Source: a virus
IMG/VR virus record: IMGVR_UViG_3300029544_000195
Direction: 5' to 3' (one strand)
DNA length: 64,000 bases
Part shown: positions 62,301 to 64,000 of the stretch, in pieces
Numbering within the stretch: position 1 is the first letter of the stretch
How the letters are laid out: every line of letters starts with the position of its first letter
Notes under the pieces: model-generated
Seen by the model: the letters and a program-made list of their open reading frames with translations, nothing else
Database searches by the model: none
Told to the model about the DNA's origin: nothing
Program-made: the position numbers and the translations under genes

Positions 62301-64000
62301 TTGCGAAAGCAAACGTAACAGAAGTTTCCATTCCAGAATCTGTTGTCTTAGTTGGAAAAGGGGCATTTAACGGATGCTTCGCTCTCAATGAAGCAACTTT
62401 TGAAGGGATGAATGCAAACCTTACTTATGATGAAATCAGCGCCGTATTCCCGAACAGTACAGTTGTTAAATGCTATTACAAGAGTAAAGCATATGACTTT
62501 GCTATGGCGCATGAATATCCGATTTCTCTTATGGTCGGATATGAAAAAGACAAGACAGAAGAGTATTCTTATGTACAGGATTCTCCGGCTCATCTTGTTG
62601 AAGTAACTGTTGGACCGTTGTTAAAGAAAATCAATGCAGGTGCTTTTAAGGGCTGCAAGAATTTAACAACAATTTCGTTCGATGAAGAAGCTATTTTAGC
62701 TGAAATCGGAGAAAGCGCATTTGCAAATTCTGGACTTGCTGCAATTGAATTACCAAAGACGGTGATTACATTGGGCGAAGGAGCGTTTGAAGAAGCGGAA
62801 AGCTTAGTCAGTGTCTCCTTTGGCGGAGTAACGAATGTCCCGAACAATGCGTTTAACGGTTGTAGTTCTCTTACAACCTTAAAAGATACGGACCAGTTTG
62901 AAACAATTGGCGAAAATGCTTTTGCCGGAACCGCTCTTACTGAGTTCACAACCGGCGATAGTTTAATCAGTTTTGGAGAAAATGCTTTTGCAGATTCTAC
63001 GCTTAACGTTTTGGGCGTAGAGAATCCAAATTGTAAATTCCCAGCCGGTCCATTAGTTCCGAATGGAACAGAAATTAAAGGATACACCAACTCTACAGCG
63101 GATATTTATTCGCAGACGTACTTGAATAAGTCCTGTACTTCTTACGGAAAACCGGCTTATGTTGTTCAGTTGAACACAATGGGCGGTATTAACGGGGACG
63201 AAAAAGTTTATGTTGTAAACGGCAAACCGATTCCTCCGATTGTGATTCCGGAAAAAGAAGATTATAGTTTTGTAGGATATTTCAGTTCTGAAAACGGCGG
63301 AGTTCAATACTTTAACGAAAACGGAAAATCTACAAAAACATGGGACGGAACCATGAATCTTATTTTGTATGCGTCATGGAAACACGACCAGTATACAGTT
63401 GCTTATAATGGCAACGGAGCAACAGAAGGCGTTATGAAAGCAGATGCCTTTGATACAAAAACAAACGTCAATTTGACGAAAAATGCTTTTGGCAAAAAAG
63501 GCTATCAGTTCCTCGGTTGGTCTACCGATAGAAATGCCACAAAAGCAATGTATACGGACAAAGATACCGTAAAAGACCTTGCAGGAAAGAATCAGACAGT
63601 AACTTTATACGCTGTTTGGAAACCGGCAAATTACTTTATCACGTATCATGCAAATGGTGGTAACGGAACGATGGATGTGCAGACTTTATCTTCTGATGTT
63701 AAGCAGGAGTTAAGCGTTAATACATTTACACGTACCGGTTACAAATTCCTTGGATGGAGCCGTGATGCAAAAGCAACAAATGCTGAGTATTATGACAAAT
63801 ACAAAGCTGCTAATCTGGCATCTGCCGGAGAAACGATTCACTTGTATGCAATCTGGGCTGTTGACGATGGCAAGAATGGAAATCAAATTGCTTTTGATGG
63901 CAATGGTGGAACAACAGATGCCACTACGTTAACAATTTATGAAGGTCATACAATTACTTTGCCGGGATTCGAGACAACTCGTGATGGAAGAGTATTTCTT
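59378..64000 (+). CDS. giant secreted surface protein: BspA-type leucine-rich repeats + Listeria-Bacteroides (Flg_new) repeat domains; 3' end beyond window
   Basis: Signal peptide MRKRKIFKRSVAGVLALAML. LRR units such as NAFDSCVNLKDITLGRVQTIGSYAFNNTKIAELEIPNTVQSIGERAF. Repeated YxxNGGxG...GYxFxGW modules. No stop in >4.6 kb. Confidence 0.65.
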   Translation, partial: MRKRKIFKRSVAGVLALAMLLSGNIGSIRSKAAVQSVATGSVAEVETDPGSRNLSNVSFDVNSIVESGTAGYSYVNNALITYWGIDKNGVFAFYKMENNRPSAKMDDAGYYVMGSCLANMSTAAKKKIKYVIGGLNSGMKLDGDGVLEYAFANCVNLVEVFRLPPVAYAKGIFQNCRKLEHIWCPMGDANHDVCDLQAAFDNCTSLHGYLLFGNIASSISLDDKTFNETGSDCDESDKLWLTVYGENSAAKDKIYTSARTGCYVNYLDTSSSASLSIYKTALDTTKNVSYKKANGDYQSITSSITYGQTVSDALDSAMTESGLIGYNYTKQTSKGYYFVAPNKNQSLQYAMGSGLSGHTKDDVLDAGNYTKAIKSTKNSNLIEGTLMVNKCPITDCSVALTNSSVPYTGGAITNSVTAKNPYTKKALVLGQDYTVSYSSNTNVGTAVAVINGTGNYSGSVTKTFAIVDKTAPKGNITSNITADKNQSVTLEASDNVGVTSYYFGASASPASSAYTKVASTKSFSVDKTISTAGTYYFFAKDSAGNISAVKKIVCYQTKLSSNGGKVTYDGAIYETDFSIVKVGGTTINLPIPKKKGYTFSSWDGFNGTYTINETKSLSAVYDKNTYSIIYDLNGGTAANVSNYTVEDDDIHLNAPTKQGYVFNGWTGSNGDTPEKDVVITKGSVGNRNYVANYTHIYDYNTSDDTVTIYKNSENTRSIIYAECANAKKIAFAVDVDNIADMDFSKFANLESITVNSKDADYASEGGLLYNKDKSILVYCPKKHSDNPEISKVCETIQANAFAGCTVKNVAIPYSVETVEKNAFANTNLHSVTVKNPETTLEKESIPNTTEKLIGFQGSSVASYCQNANRESYEILTTIPDDFFKDEVTMESFDIPANITSVGNNAFDSCVNLKDITLGRVQTIGSYAFNNTKIAELEIPNTVQSIGERAFSSIAALETIEFEDQSVLSNIGAFAFAKANVTEVSIPESVVLVGKGAFNGCFALNEATFEGMNANLTYDEISAVFPNSTVVKCYYKSKAYDFAMAHEYPISLMVGYEKDKTEEYSYVQDSPAHLVEVTVGPLLKKINAGAFKGCKNLTTISFDEEAILAEIGESAFANSGLAAIELPKTVITLGEGAFEEAESLVSVSFGGVTNVPNNAFNGCSSLTTLKDTDQFETIGENAFAGTALTEFTTGDSLISFGENAFADSTLNVLGVENPNCKFPAGPLVPNGTEIKGYTNSTADIYSQTYLNKSCTSYGKPAYVVQLNTMGGINGDEKVYVVNGKPIPPIVIPEKEDYSFVGYFSSENGGVQYFNENGKSTKTWDGTMNLILYASWKHDQYTVAYNGNGATEGVMKADAFDTKTNVNLTKNAFGKKGYQFLGWSTDRNATKAMYTDKDTVKDLAGKNQTVTLYAVWKPANYFITYHANGGNGTMDVQTLSSDVKQELSVNTFTRTGYKFLGWSRDAKATNAEYYDKYKAANLASAGETIHLYAIWAVDDGKNGNQIAFDGNGGTTDATTLTIYEGHTITLPGFETTRDGRVFL

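Noticed and set aside
59800-63310. Multiple minus-strand ORFs (e.g. 62590..63090, 63053..63307, 62152..62388) antisense to the giant LRR gene
   Set aside because: Shadow ORFs inside a long, repeat-rich plus-strand CDS. No RBS. Compositionally repetitive translations.

Overview
Low-GC (~33%) Firmicutes-style DNA with AGGAGG-type ribosome-binding sites. The first ~1.6 kb looks like host chromosome: two FMN-binding-domain proteins, a membrane polyferredoxin, and a tRNA-Glu(CUC). The remaining ~62 kb is one large phage-like mobile element that has not ended when the window does.

The element is tiled with about 80 mostly small, tightly packed, predominantly plus-strand genes. Roughly 30 copies of a 13-14 nt motif, AACAGACATATTA, sit 20-50 nt upstream of start codons. 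Seven copies are bipartite, adding an upstream CATAATATG(A/G)TTTTC element. This pattern points to a phage-specific promoter for a phage RNA polymerase or sigma factor.

Recognisable cargo:
- Replication and repair: RecD2-like helicase, UvrD-like helicase, an AEP/PriCT-1 primase, 5'(3')-deoxyribonucleotidase, RadC/JAB protein, ParB/Srx-like protein.
- A MoxR/CobS-like AAA+ ATPase next to a HExxH + vWA (DUF2201/CobT-like) protein.
- A membrane-anchored SpoVK/CbbX-type AAA+ ATPase in an operon with a J-domain protein.
- A CpaF/VirB11-type secretion ATPase and a VirD4/TraG-like coupling protein.
- A minimal HD-GYP phosphodiesterase.
- A glucosaminidase, an SPFH/band-7 protein, and a metallophosphatase.
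- Two Panacea (DUF4065) antitoxin-like genes, one inside a cassette flanked by a ~66-bp direct repeat.
- An iteron-like repeat field, a candidate replication origin.
- A promoter-driven tRNA island: tRNA-Ile(UAU), Asn(GUU), Gln(UUG), Glu(UUC), Ser(GCU), plus four aberrant tRNA-like elements.
- A >1,540-aa BspA-type LRR / Listeria-Bacteroides-repeat surface protein that runs off the window end.

No capsid, terminase or tail genes appear in 62 kb. The element is therefore probably a large (jumbo?) phage or phage-plasmid, and this window covers its early/replication/accessory region.
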